From contig JAOTXU010000007.1 of assembly GCA_029862165.1 (NCBI GenBank), forward strand, positions 69,695-133,694: DNA of 64,000 bases. Direction: 5' to 3'. Within the stretch, counting starts at the first letter, position 1. Each line of letters opens with the position of its first letter. Origin of the DNA: Gammaproteobacteria bacterium (GTDB lineage: Bacteria; Pseudomonadota; Gammaproteobacteria; Steroidobacterales; JABDKV01). Shown here piece after piece: positions 19,242 through 29,119 of the stretch. Made by a program: the position numbers and the translations under genes. The notes below the pieces were generated by a model, which was given only the letters and a program-made list of their open reading frames with translations, did not search any database and was not told where the DNA came from.

Positions 19242-20471
19242 ATGAATCAGGACAGCCCCAGACCCACGATTGGCCTGGTACTGCCCGGTGGCGGTGCCCG
19301 GGCGGCTTATCAGGTGGGGGTACTCAAGGCGATTGCTGAGATATTACCGCATGGCTCACCAACACCGTTTCGCGTTATCACGGGAACGTCGGCAGGGTCG
19401 ATAAACGCCGCGGTGCTGGCGACACACGCAACACATTTTCAATTGGGCGTGCGGCGGCTTAACCAGGTGTGGGCAAATTTCACCACTGACCAGGTTTTCC
19501 GTAGCGATTGGGGCACGGTATTGCGGACCAGTGCACACTGGCTTGCCGCGTTCGTATTCGGTGGTTTGCGTTCCAGGAATCCGGATTCTCTGCTCGACAA
19601 TGAACCGCTACGCGAACTGCTGACCAACCATATTCGATTCGAACGCATAGCGGAGGGCATTGCGTCGGGCGCTTTGGATGCCGTCGGCATTACCGCGTCG
19701 GGTTATTCATCGGCGAGAGCTGTGTCGTTTTTCCAGGGCGCGCAGCGGCTACGTCCGTGGTTGCGTCCACGCCGTGAGGGACGGCGTGAACAACTTACCG
19801 TTAATCACCTGATGGCTTCGACCGCCATGCCGTTTATTTTTCCGCCTGAGCATCTGGGCGATCAACACTATGGAGACGGGGCGATTCGTGAGGCTGCACC
19901 ACTCAGTTCGGCAGTGCACCTCGGTGCTGACCGCTTGCTGGTGATCGGTTCGCGCGATGAACACACCAAGCTCAAGCCCGACAGCGATGAGCAGGCGCCG
20001 AGTTTCGGGCAAATTGCCGGCTATATGCTCGACACGATCTTTCTAGATGGCTTGTATGCCGATCTGGAAAGACTGACCCGTATCAATCAGGTGGTCGGGC
20101 AGGTACCGGCCGGGACTCTGCGCAAGACACCCTGGGCGCCGTTAAAACGAATCGACACGCACATTATCGTTCCAAGTGTTGATATTCGGCACATTGCACA
20201 GAAACATGCCGAGGAATTTCCCAGATCAGTGCGCATGCTGTTACGCGGCGTGGGTGGGCATAAGAGCAGCGGCCGCCAGCTGATGAGCTACCTGTTATTT
20301 CAACAGGGCTTTTGCAAAGAGTTGATTCAGCTTGGCTATCACGATTGCATGGAACGCAAACGCAAGCTTGAGCCTTTTCTAGCGGGAGATCCGGTACATG
20401 CTCTGGAGGCTCCACAGCACATGCTTGCGGCATTGTCAGGTCAAAAACAGCGCGCCGAGACCAAGGAATGA
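19242..20471 (+). CDS. patatin-like phospholipase
   Basis: 409 aa with the oxyanion motif LPGGGARAAYQ, the nucleophile GTSAGS (GxSxG) and the catalytic Asp in YGDGAIRE. Confidence 0.9.
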   Translation: MNQDSPRPTIGLVLPGGGARAAYQVGVLKAIAEILPHGSPTPFRVITGTSAGSINAAVLATHATHFQLGVRRLNQVWANFTTDQVFRSDWGTVLRTSAHWLAAFVFGGLRSRNPDSLLDNEPLRELLTNHIRFERIAEGIASGALDAVGITASGYSSARAVSFFQGAQRLRPWLRPRREGRREQLTVNHLMASTAMPFIFPPEHLGDQHYGDGAIREAAPLSSAVHLGADRLLVIGSRDEHTKLKPDSDEQAPSFGQIAGYMLDTIFLDGLYADLERLTRINQVVGQVPAGTLRKTPWAPLKRIDTHIIVPSVDIRHIAQKHAEEFPRSVRMLLRGVGGHKSSGRQLMSYLLFQQGFCKELIQLGYHDCMERKRKLEPFLAGDPVHALEAPQHMLAALSGQKQRAETKE

Positions 20472-21809
20472 CATGAAGCCGACCACGTCGGTAACCGTAG
20501 TCAGTACTACCGAACCCGCCAACGCCGGATCGATACTCATACGCCTCAGGATCACCGGTATTGCGACGCCGGAAATGGCCGCGATCAGCAGATTGATCAC
20601 CAATGCTGCAGCGATAACCGCGCCGATTCGCCAGGATCCAAACCACAGCAACGTGACTATGGCCACGACAGCCGCCCAAATTAGTCCATTGAGCAGGCCT
20701 ACCGCGGACTCCTTCATCATCAGCCAACGTGCGTTGGACCGTTCGATCTGACCGAGTGCCAGGCCGCGAATCATAAGCGTCAATGTCTGGCTACCGGCAA
20801 TACCACCCATACTGGCCACAATGGGCATCAGTACAGCCAGTGCCACGACCTGTTCAATAGTTGCCTCGAACATGCCGACAACTCTGGCGGCCACAAAAGC
20901 GGTGGCCAGATTTACCCCCAACCAAATCGCACGACGCCGCGCACTGGCGATTACCGGTGCGAACATGTCGTCCTCTTCATCCAGACCGGCCATGCTCATC
21001 AGCGAGTGTTCTGCCTCGTCACGAATTACGTCGACGACATCGTCAATAGTAATGCGCCCTAGCAGCGTGCCTTCTGCGTCAACGACCGGTGCCGATACCA
21101 GGTCGAGGGTTTCAAATTGCGTTGCAACCTGTGTGGCCGGTGTATCGTCAGTAATGCCTTCAAGTGACGTGTCCATGATTTCACCGACAGTACTTTCTTC
21201 GTCATTGGTCAAAAGACGCGTCAGAAATACTGTACCTAGGTATTTGCCATAGCGATTTACCACAAACAACATGTCAGTTCGATCGGGAACGTCAACGTGC
21301 ATACGCAGGTAACGCAACACCACATCGATAGTGACGTCCGGGCGCACCGTTATTGTGTCGGTGTTCATCAAACCGCCGGCGCTGTCTTCGTGATACGCCA
21401 GCACGGATTCCAGACGTTCGCGGTCCAGTTCTTTCATGGACCGCAGAACACGGCTGATCACCGTTTCGGGAAGATCGGTAAGCAGGTCAGCGAGATCGTC
21501 GACTTCCATGCCGCCGGTGACAGCGACCAGTTCGTCGGCTTCCATCAAGCCGATCAAGCCGGCCCGCACCTCGTCGTTGACATGTACGAGTACTTCGCCT
21601 TCGTCATCGGGATCGACCAGTTCCCAGACATAGCCACGTTCACTTGGCGGGAGTGATTCCAGTAAACGCGCGATCTCCGCCGGTGCCAGCGACAGCATCA
21701 TGCGTCGCACAGGAACCATCGTACCGCCCTGCATTGCAGCGCGAATCCTCTCCAGGTGCGTAGTGCGTTTTTCCGTCGCTTCTGTGGTCATCGAATCCGC
21801 CACCAACAT
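20436..21809 (-). CDS. mgtE: magnesium transporter MgtE
   Basis: 457 aa with an N-domain, a tandem CBS region and a C-terminal 5-TM domain ending ...GFMSFLGLGALFLT. Typical MgtE architecture. Confidence 0.9.
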   Translation of the reverse strand: MLVADSMTTEATEKRTTHLERIRAAMQGGTMVPVRRMMLSLAPAEIARLLESLPPSERGYVWELVDPDDEGEVLVHVNDEVRAGLIGLMEADELVAVTGGMEVDDLADLLTDLPETVISRVLRSMKELDRERLESVLAYHEDSAGGLMNTDTITVRPDVTIDVVLRYLRMHVDVPDRTDMLFVVNRYGKYLGTVFLTRLLTNDEESTVGEIMDTSLEGITDDTPATQVATQFETLDLVSAPVVDAEGTLLGRITIDDVVDVIRDEAEHSLMSMAGLDEEDDMFAPVIASARRRAIWLGVNLATAFVAARVVGMFEATIEQVVALAVLMPIVASMGGIAGSQTLTLMIRGLALGQIERSNARWLMMKESAVGLLNGLIWAAVVAIVTLLWFGSWRIGAVIAAALVINLLIAAISGVAIPVILRRMSIDPALAGSVVLTTVTDVVGFMSFLGLGALFLT

Positions 21810-21871
21810 GATCGGTCGCCGCGCAGTGTAACGGACATTTTGCTCAGGCGGCAGAGGGTCGCGGAGTGGGA

Positions 21872-23599
21872 CTAGTCGTGGTCGATTAGCCGATCCAGCA
21901 AACGTTCCATTCGTCCGCGACTCTCACAGCCGAGCGCCTTGCGCGCACGGGAAGCGATTTTGGAAATATCTGTCCGCAAAATAGCGTCTTTGACTTCGAG
22001 CAATGATGAAGGGTGCACGCTGAGGTGCCTGAGGCCCAGACCCAGTAAGAGCCGGCAGACGCGCGGGTCAGACGCCAGCTCACCACACAGGATGACAGGC
22101 TTGTCCGCGCGTTTTCCGGTCGCTATTACATCGCTGATCAGTTGCAGCACCGCCGGGTGCAGTGGGTCATACAGGTACTGCACTTCATCATCCTCACGAT
22201 CCACCGCCAGCGTATATTGCACCAGATCGTTTGTGCCGATCGCCAGAAAATCGACATGTGGCACGAACATCCGACTTATCAGGGCTGCCGCGGGCACCTC
22301 AATCAGCACGCCCACCTGGATGTCTGGTGCAACGTCCCTTTTGCTGTCAATCAACTCTCGTCTGATTCGCTCGATCATTGTGCGTGCGGCCAACACCTCC
22401 GTTACATTGCTGATCATAGGCAGCAAGATCCGAATCGGTCCGGTTGTCGAGGCACGCAGCATGGCCCTCAACTGCGGTTCGAAGATCTCGGGATGTGTGA
22501 GGCAAAGACGTATGCCACGCAGGCCTAGAGCAGGGTGTTCCGGAACTGGAAGGTGTTGCGGCAGGCCGTGACTCATTCCGGGCCAGATGTCCATAGTGCG
22601 CAAGGTGACAGGTCGTCCGTGCATGGATCGCAACAAACGGCGATAGATTCCAAGTTGTTCGCGTTCGTCCGGTAAATCGTCCCGATTGAGATACAGCGCT
22701 TCTGACCGGAACAGACCAATTCCTTCGGCACCAAGTCGTCGTGCCTCGGTCGCATCAGCCGGTGTATCGACATTGGCCAACAGCTCAATCTGGACGTTGT
22801 CACGTGTCCTGGCTGGCTTGTCGCGCAGCGCCTTAAGCTCACGGGTGCGCTTTCTTTCACTCCTTTGTACCCGACGATAGTGCTCTAGCGAGCGTGCATC
22901 CGGACTTGCAACGACCATTCCGGTGGCCCCATCAACTATGACTTCATCGCCTTCATGCAGTAAGTCCAATGCCGGGTGCGCACCGGTAATGGCAGGTATA
23001 CGCAGACTGCGCGCGACAATGGCTGCGTGACTCATCTTGCCACCATGCGTACACACCAGGCCGCGCATGCCATCATGTTGATGTTCGATCACATCGGCCG
23101 GGGCAAGGTTTTGTGTTACGACGACATATTCATCGTCGGGTTTTGCCTTCGATTGCTTGTTTCCGCTCAACTCATGCAAAACCTTTGCGATGACGTTTTC
23201 CACGTCTTCGGCGCGTTGGCGCAAATAGGGATCTTCAATGTTCGCGAACATGGCCACCAGGTTGTCACGGTGTACTGCAAGTGCCCACTCCGAGACGTAT
23301 TGATTTTTCCGGATCAGTTCGATAACAGGTTGCGAGAGAGTCTGGTCTTCGAGCATCAGGAGATGGCTGTCAAAAAATGCCATGATTTCTGCGGGCACTT
23401 TGTTTTTCAGTTTGGATTCAAGTTCTCGTAACTCAGTGATAACTGCGTGCATGGCAGACGTTACGCGTTTAATCTCCTGATTGAGTTCCCCGGGTCGGAT
23501 GTGGCTGGCGACCACGCGTGGCTGGATTTCGTGCAACAACCTGACACGGCCGATCGCGATCCCACGCGATACACCGGTGCCGTTGAGCATCAACGACAT
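21872..23599 (-). CDS. ptsI: phosphoenolpyruvate-protein phosphotransferase (PTS enzyme I, no GAF domain)
   Basis: 575 aa starting MSLMLNGTGVSRGIAIGR, with the active-site His in GGKMSHAAIVARSLRIPAI and a C-terminal PEP-utilising domain (IGTNDLVQY). The length equals sugar-type EI, and there is no N-terminal GAF. Confidence 0.9.
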   Translation of the reverse strand: MSLMLNGTGVSRGIAIGRVRLLHEIQPRVVASHIRPGELNQEIKRVTSAMHAVITELRELESKLKNKVPAEIMAFFDSHLLMLEDQTLSQPVIELIRKNQYVSEWALAVHRDNLVAMFANIEDPYLRQRAEDVENVIAKVLHELSGNKQSKAKPDDEYVVVTQNLAPADVIEHQHDGMRGLVCTHGGKMSHAAIVARSLRIPAITGAHPALDLLHEGDEVIVDGATGMVVASPDARSLEHYRRVQRSERKRTRELKALRDKPARTRDNVQIELLANVDTPADATEARRLGAEGIGLFRSEALYLNRDDLPDEREQLGIYRRLLRSMHGRPVTLRTMDIWPGMSHGLPQHLPVPEHPALGLRGIRLCLTHPEIFEPQLRAMLRASTTGPIRILLPMISNVTEVLAARTMIERIRRELIDSKRDVAPDIQVGVLIEVPAAALISRMFVPHVDFLAIGTNDLVQYTLAVDREDDEVQYLYDPLHPAVLQLISDVIATGKRADKPVILCGELASDPRVCRLLLGLGLRHLSVHPSSLLEVKDAILRTDISKIASRARKALGCESRGRMERLLDRLIDHD

Positions 23600-23602
23600 G
23601 GA

Positions 23603-23890
23603 TTATTCGGCCGATAGATTGGCTGTAGTTAAGGTTGGCAGTGAGTCGAACAGCGCTTGTAGACGATCGCCAGCATTCTTTTCATCGGGACCGTCAAGCT
23701 GTACACGCAGGTTGGCGCCGTGTGGCGCGGCGAGAACAAGTAAGCCCAGAATGCTTTTTCCATCGACGTTACGATCTTCATAGATCAATCGAACATCGCT
23801 GTCGAATTCGCTGGTCATTGCGACAACCTGTGCCGCTGGCCGCGCATGCAGCCCGCGTCGGCTTCTGACTTTTACGTCGAATTCCAGCAA
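23603..23890 (-). CDS. ptsO: HPr-family phosphocarrier (NPr-like)
   Basis: GLHARPA (His-15 motif) and GKSILGLL (Ser-46 region). The track ORF (115 aa) has no internal ATG. TTG at 23890 is preceded by GGGAGG plus a 6-nt spacer and gives a 95-aa product of normal HPr size. Confidence 0.8.
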   Translation of the reverse strand: MLEFDVKVRSRRGLHARPAAQVVAMTSEFDSDVRLIYEDRNVDGKSILGLLVLAAPHGANLRVQLDGPDEKNAGDRLQALFDSLPTLTTANLSAE

Positions 23891-23987
23891 CCGGCGCCTC
23901 CCAAGGTTTGTTGTTTGCTTAGAATACCCTGAGGCTGTTGCTTCATGCAATGCAACAATTGGCGTCGACTCGAAAGTTACTTAATAA

Positions 23988-24848
23988 TCAGAACTTTAAG
24001 CCGGTGTGACGGACCAACACCTGCTCGCTAGCGTCCTGAAATGAATCGGCCAGGCGCTCGACCAGATAGACCGAACGATGTTGTCCACCGGTACAGCCGA
24101 CTGCCACCGTCAGATAACTGCGATTACTGCGCAGGAACTCCGGTATCCATCGTTGCAGATAGCCGGCAATCGATTCCAGCATGTCATTGACATCCGATTG
24201 ATTTGACAGCCATTCAACGACCTCCGGATCACGACCTGTTTGCCCTCGCAGACTGGGAACCCAGTAGGGATTTGGCAGGCAACGCACGTCGAACACAATG
24301 TCCGCGTCCGCCGGCAAGCCGTTCTTGTAGCCAAAAGACTGAAACTGTAACGATAATTGCGATTCGCGGCGGGCGGCAACACGTTCCCGGATCAGTTCGC
24401 GCAAATCGTGCACGCTGGTCGTACTTGTGTCGATAATAAGGTCTGCTTCACTTGCGACTGGCTCCAGCAACACGCTTTCCCGCGCGATAGCCTGCTGTAA
24501 ACCGACGCCCTCCCCACTGAGCGGGTGCTTGCGTCGTGTTTCGCGATACCGCTTGATGAGTGTTGGCTCATCGGCATGCAAAAAAAGCACATCGCACTCA
24601 ATACCGCTAGCACGAATTTCTCTGACAATTGATGGCAGATTCGCCAGGTCGCTAGGGCGATTGCGTGCGTCGACACCAACCACCGTTCTTTCGTAGGCGC
24701 GCTCTTTGGTTTGCACAGTCCCCTGGACAAAGGATTTGAGTAGCGTTACCGGAATATTATCGATGCAGTAGTGCCCAAGGTCTTCGAGCATGTGGAGGGC
24801 GACGGATTTGCCGGAGCCCGACAGTCCGCTAACTATGATCAGGCGCAT
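23988..24848 (-). CDS. rapZ: RNase adapter protein RapZ
   Basis: 286 aa starting MRLIIVSGLSGSGKS (Walker A), with a C-terminal GCTGGQHRSV. Position after ptsN matches the enterobacterial rpoN operon. Confidence 0.9.
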   Translation of the reverse strand: MRLIIVSGLSGSGKSVALHMLEDLGHYCIDNIPVTLLKSFVQGTVQTKERAYERTVVGVDARNRPSDLANLPSIVREIRASGIECDVLFLHADEPTLIKRYRETRRKHPLSGEGVGLQQAIARESVLLEPVASEADLIIDTSTTSVHDLRELIRERVAARRESQLSLQFQSFGYKNGLPADADIVFDVRCLPNPYWVPSLRGQTGRDPEVVEWLSNQSDVNDMLESIAGYLQRWIPEFLRSNRSYLTVAVGCTGGQHRSVYLVERLADSFQDASEQVLVRHTGLKF

Positions 24849-25380
24849 CGTCCGTGAACTTTGCCGTGGGCTCGAAACTTATCAGGATGTTGTATAACTC
24901 GTCTGCGTCGCGTGCTTCGTCCAGCGACTTGCGAAACAAATCCCGGGCCAGCATCTGTGCAATTGTAGACAGCAAACGCAGGTGTTTTTCTTCATCCCCA
25001 TCAGGTACCAGCAGGCCAAACAGGAAACGCACGGGCTTGCCATCTGCCGCATCGAAAGCAACTGGTTCTGCCAGTCGAACGAACGCTGCCCGCAGATCTG
25101 AAAGTGTGTTGACGCGGGCGTGCGGGATTGCCACGGCACAGCCGATCGCTGTACTGCCCAGACGTTCGCGGCTTACCAGGCAATCAAATATCTCTAGTTT
25201 ATGCAGGCGCTGTTCGCCGCTGGACAGGGTTTCGCTAAGCAGGTCCAACGCATGTTTTTTGCTGCGCGCACGAATATCGCACAACACACGATCGGGATCG
25301 AGGATTCCCTCGAGTGTGACTGGCGCGTCGCTAAGCGACGGTGCCTCAGTTGAACTTGCTTTTGTCCGCATCTCTCGCAT
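24829..25380 (-). CDS. ptsN: PTS IIA-Ntr
   Basis: Active-site AIPHARV and LFGLLVP, colinear with E. coli PtsN. The start is uncertain: the track start overlaps hpf by 35 nt, and GTG 25320 would give 164 aa. Confidence 0.85.
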   Translation of the reverse strand: MREMRTKASSTEAPSLSDAPVTLEGILDPDRVLCDIRARSKKHALDLLSETLSSGEQRLHKLEIFDCLVSRERLGSTAIGCAVAIPHARVNTLSDLRAAFVRLAEPVAFDAADGKPVRFLFGLLVPDGDEEKHLRLLSTIAQMLARDLFRKSLDEARDADELYNILISFEPTAKFTDDAPDHS

Positions 25381-25666
25381 GATGATCCGTTAGTTTCTCT
25401 TTGTGTTTCTTGATCTGCCGGTCAAGCTTGTCAATCAGGCCATCAATGGCAGCATACATATCTTCTTCGACCGAGCTGGCATAAAGCTTAGCCCCGCTCA
25501 CGTTCATGGTTGCTTCGGCTTCGTGGCGTTGTTTTTCCACTGACAGCGTTACGTGCACATCGGTGACATGATCGAAATGCCGCCGTAGTTTTTTCATTTT
25601 CAAGGCAATTCGGTCACGCAGCGCGGGCGTAACCTCGATATGGTGGCCAGTAATCGTCGGGTGCAT
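25346..25666 (-). CDS. hpf: ribosome hibernation promoting factor (short HPF)
   Basis: 106 aa starting ITGHHIEVTPALRDRI. Size and position directly after rpoN fit HPF. Confidence 0.9.
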   Translation of the reverse strand: MHPTITGHHIEVTPALRDRIALKMKKLRRHFDHVTDVHVTLSVEKQRHEAEATMNVSGAKLYASSVEEDMYAAIDGLIDKLDRQIKKHKEKLTDHHARDADKSKFN

Positions 25667-25676
25667 ATAGTGCCTC

Positions 25677-27092
25677 CTATTTGACGGTACGTCGTTTTCT
25701 CAAGCTGGAAGCGGGGATATTCATTGCTTCGCGGTATTTGGCTATGGTGCGCCGCGCCACCGTGACATCAGCTTCCAATAACTTTTTTGCAATTTTGTTA
25801 TCACTCAGCGGCTTTGCCGCGTCTTCATTAGAGATCATTTTCTTGATCATAGCTCGAATTGCGATAGAAGATCGCTCTTCTCCATCGACCGACCCCACAT
25901 GACTGGAGAAAAAATAGCGCAATTCGATGACCCCGCGGGGCGTGTGCATGTACTTGTTTGTTGTAACGCGGGAGACCGTGGATTCATGCATTTCAATAGC
26001 TTCCGCGACATCGCGCAGCACCATAGGGGTCATTGATTCTTCGCCTTTTTCAAGGAATTCGTGTTGGCGTTCAACGATAGAGCGGGCCACCTTGAGCAGT
26101 GTTTCATTGCGGATTTCCAGGCTGCGCACCAGCCAGCGCGCCTCCTGTAACTGGGTTCGCAAAATGCTGTGGTCACCCTCGCCGCGTAGTGCGCCGGCAT
26201 AGTTACTGTTAACGCGCAATTTTGGCAACAGAGCACTATTTACTTCCACAACCCAGCGGTCGTCTACTTTTCGGACGTAAACATCCGGCACGACATAGTC
26301 AGCCGAGCGTGGCGTAATAGCGTTGCCAGGTTTGGGATGCAGGGAGCGGACCAGCGCAACCGCTTCGGCGACTTCTGTATCGCTGACATTGAGTCTTCGT
26401 CGCAGGGCTGAAAGTTCGTTGTCTGCGATTAGCGTGAGCAGCTCTTCGTCTTCGGTGATGCCGTAGGCAGCCAGCAAGCCCGGTGTATCTTCATCAAGTT
26501 GATGCAGTTGCAAAGTCAGGCATTCACACAAATTGCGTGAGGCTACACCGGCTGGATCGAAGCGCTGGACCAGATGCAGTACGGTGCCGATTTCCTCATC
26601 ATTGCAGGCGAAATCTTCGCCAAGCGTTTGACGAATCGTTTCGAAATCATCTATCAGGTAGCCTTCCTCGTTGATGGCATCAATGATTGCTCCAGCGATA
26701 ACATGCTCGCGCGGTGTACAGTCTTCGATCTCTACTTGCCACAACAGGTACTCGTGCAGTGTTTGACCACTCGTGTCCTCGATGTCCTGGCTGATCGGTG
26801 GCAGTCCCGAGTTGTAGCTGCCTTCCGCTGAAGCGGTCAGTTTGGGTTCACGCCATGCATCGTCGAGGACGGCTTCTTCGCGTGTTTTATCGGGACCGGT
26901 TTCGGTTTTTTCCTCAGATTTGACGTCGACAAATTCCTCGACGTTTTCGAGCATTACGTTACCCTCCAGCGCCTCCTGGATGGTCGCCTGCAGATCCATT
27001 ACCGGTAATTGCAACAGGCGTATGGCCTGCTGCAACTGCGGGGTCATGGTCAGGGTCTGACCGATACGCAGTTGCAAGGATGGTTTTAACAT
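25677..27092 (-). CDS. rpoN: RNA polymerase sigma-54 factor
   Basis: 471 aa with the N-terminal Gln-rich LKPSLQLRIGQTLTMTPQLQQAIRLLQL and the C-terminal RpoN box ARRTIAKYR. Confidence 0.95.
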   Translation of the reverse strand: MLKPSLQLRIGQTLTMTPQLQQAIRLLQLPVMDLQATIQEALEGNVMLENVEEFVDVKSEEKTETGPDKTREEAVLDDAWREPKLTASAEGSYNSGLPPISQDIEDTSGQTLHEYLLWQVEIEDCTPREHVIAGAIIDAINEEGYLIDDFETIRQTLGEDFACNDEEIGTVLHLVQRFDPAGVASRNLCECLTLQLHQLDEDTPGLLAAYGITEDEELLTLIADNELSALRRRLNVSDTEVAEAVALVRSLHPKPGNAITPRSADYVVPDVYVRKVDDRWVVEVNSALLPKLRVNSNYAGALRGEGDHSILRTQLQEARWLVRSLEIRNETLLKVARSIVERQHEFLEKGEESMTPMVLRDVAEAIEMHESTVSRVTTNKYMHTPRGVIELRYFFSSHVGSVDGEERSSIAIRAMIKKMISNEDAAKPLSDNKIAKKLLEADVTVARRTIAKYREAMNIPASSLRKRRTVK

Positions 27093-27142
27093 AATCCTGG
27101 GTTTATCGGCGGGCGCGGGCCATCCGCGGGCAGGCGCCCTCT

Positions 27143-27868
27143 TTACAGTCTGAAGTCTTCACCCAAATACACCTCTCGAACCCGCTGGTCAGTCAGTACT
27201 TCGTCTGGCTGACCGTCAAGAATGACCTTACCTTCATTGAGGATATACGCCCTTTCGCAAATTCCAAGTGTCTCGCGCACATTGTGATCCGTAATCAGGA
27301 CACCGATATTGCGTTCTGTGAGCTGGGCAATGATTCGCTGGATATCCAGCACCGATATTGGGTCCACACCGGCGAAGGGTTCGTCCAAAAGCACGAAGGA
27401 GGGCTCAGCTGCCAATGCCCTCGCGATTTCGGCGCGTCTGCGCTCGCCGCCTGAAAGTGCCATGCCTGGGCTGTTGCGGATGTGGCCGATGTGTAAGTCT
27501 TCCAGCAGTTCTTCCAGGCTACTTTCCCGTGCCGCGTTGTCCATGTCCGGGCGGGTCTCAAGTATGGCCATTATGTTTTGCGCAACCGTCAGTTTTCTGA
27601 ATACCGAAGCTTCCTGTGGCAGGTAGCCCACACCCAGCCTTGCCCGGCGATGCATCGGTAGTTGCGTTATGTCGCGATCGTCGAGAACAATTCGTCCCGA
27701 ATCGCAGGGAATCAAACCGACAATCATGTAGAACGCGGTGGTCTTGCCGGCGCCATTGGGGCCGAGTAAGCCGACAACTTCACCGCTGCTTACTTGCAAC
27801 GACATATCGTTGACAACTTTTCGGCTGCTGAAGCTTTTGCTGATCGCGTCAGCTTGCAGTGTGCTCAT
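27143..27868 (-). CDS. lptB: LPS export ABC transporter ATP-binding protein
   Basis: 241 aa with Walker [10 protein letters not shown], signature LSGGERRR and Walker B LLDEPFAG. Confidence 0.95.
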   Translation of the reverse strand: MSTLQADAISKSFSSRKVVNDMSLQVSSGEVVGLLGPNGAGKTTAFYMIVGLIPCDSGRIVLDDRDITQLPMHRRARLGVGYLPQEASVFRKLTVAQNIMAILETRPDMDNAARESSLEELLEDLHIGHIRNSPGMALSGGERRRAEIARALAAEPSFVLLDEPFAGVDPISVLDIQRIIAQLTERNIGVLITDHNVRETLGICERAYILNEGKVILDGQPDEVLTDQRVREVYLGEDFRL

Positions 27869-28584
27869 TGACTGGAATCGTCTTCAGTGGTTTCGCTGCT
27901 TGGTGGCGGGGTAATCGTTATTCGCACGCGGTCTCCGTTTTGATCGCCGCCTGCAACGATACGTTGTGCGACGATGTCATAGACTATCTCCTCGCCTCGT
28001 ATTTCATTGTCCCCCTGGGCAACCCACGCATCATCCGCGAGTGTGATGGTGGAGCGCTCCAGGTCATAAATGAGCCTACCGGCGGTGCCCTTGGTAATCG
28101 CGGCTTCAGTATTATCGGCCGTGTGTTCAAACTCGGCTGGTTGGCCTCTTAGCGTAACGTTGTTGAGTTGACTATTATTGAAGGTTACGACAGCTTCAGT
28201 TGCACGTACGTTCATGGAGGCATCGTTTGCATGGCTGAGCAATGCCGGGCTACCGGTGATTGTGGCGCGCTGCAGCTGATGATCGACAAACTCCATTTCC
28301 GCCCGCTGTGCCGTGACGTCGGCATTGTCACTATAAATCTTGACTGAACCCTGGAACACCCAGACGCTGTCGGCAAAATCCAGCTGCGAAGTGTCGGCGC
28401 GATCGGCAGATATACCGAGCGTGCCGCGTTTGATCGAAACCTCTTCGAACAACAGGCGTTGCTTACCCCGGTCAAAATCAGTAGTCGCCGCATCCAGTAG
28501 GATCGGCGTATCCTGGGCAGCTGCCGCCGGGCTCAGTGTTAGCGCGATCAGAATGGCGCGCCAGTCAGGGTAAGAAATTGCCAT
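27865..28584 (-). CDS. lptA: LPS transport periplasmic protein LptA (long form)
   Basis: Signal peptide ...LSPAAAAQ, an OstA-like beta-rich repeat pattern, and a position between lptC and lptB. At 239 aa, it has an acidic Ser/Thr-rich tail [14 protein letters not shown]. Confidence 0.8.
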   Translation of the reverse strand: MAISYPDWRAILIALTLSPAAAAQDTPILLDAATTDFDRGKQRLLFEEVSIKRGTLGISADRADTSQLDFADSVWVFQGSVKIYSDNADVTAQRAEMEFVDHQLQRATITGSPALLSHANDASMNVRATEAVVTFNNSQLNNVTLRGQPAEFEHTADNTEAAITKGTAGRLIYDLERSTITLADDAWVAQGDNEIRGEEIVYDIVAQRIVAGGDQNGDRVRITITPPPSSETTEDDSSQ

Positions 28585-29119
28585 GCACCTCGGATTGTAG
28601 TCTCAGTTTCCTGTCCTTCAAATCGGCCCGTAAACCGACCGCTGTTAGCAGATAGTTTCCGCGTTCAATACGCACATCGGTATCAGTTGTGGCCAAATGT
28701 GCGCGCAAATCTACGTCCAACTCGGGCGTCGTCACGATCGTTTTTTCTGGGCCGATGAACAGAGTTTCTTCGATCTTCACGTTGCCGATGAGTTCAATAC
28801 GATCGCCTGCGGCGGGAATACTGCCGGTGTCGGCCGTCAGTCGCCATGGTTGTTCATCGCCGCCAGCGTATTCCAGATCCACGTTGACTAGTGACACGCT
28901 GTTGTTCGACGGCTTTTGCTGTATCCGTTCGGCACTCAGCGTATACAGACGGTTTCCGTCCACACCCATGCCTTCAATAACCGCTCCACGCAAATAGTAG
29001 CCTGAATCAGGTGCCGGGCCGCGAATTTCATCCGGCGCTTCGCGCCGATCGAGCAGGAGCCAGCTTGCGGTAACCGCGGCCATTAGGACGACTGCAATTA
29101 CTATATTTCGTGGCATCAT
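28565..29119 (-). CDS. lptC: LPS export system protein LptC
   Basis: 184 aa with a single N-terminal TM (IVIAVVLMAAVTASWLLL). Position between kdsC and lptA. Confidence 0.8.
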   Translation of the reverse strand: MMPRNIVIAVVLMAAVTASWLLLDRREAPDEIRGPAPDSGYYLRGAVIEGMGVDGNRLYTLSAERIQQKPSNNSVSLVNVDLEYAGGDEQPWRLTADTGSIPAAGDRIELIGNVKIEETLFIGPEKTIVTTPELDVDLRAHLATTDTDVRIERGNYLLTAVGLRADLKDRKLRLQSEVHGNFLP

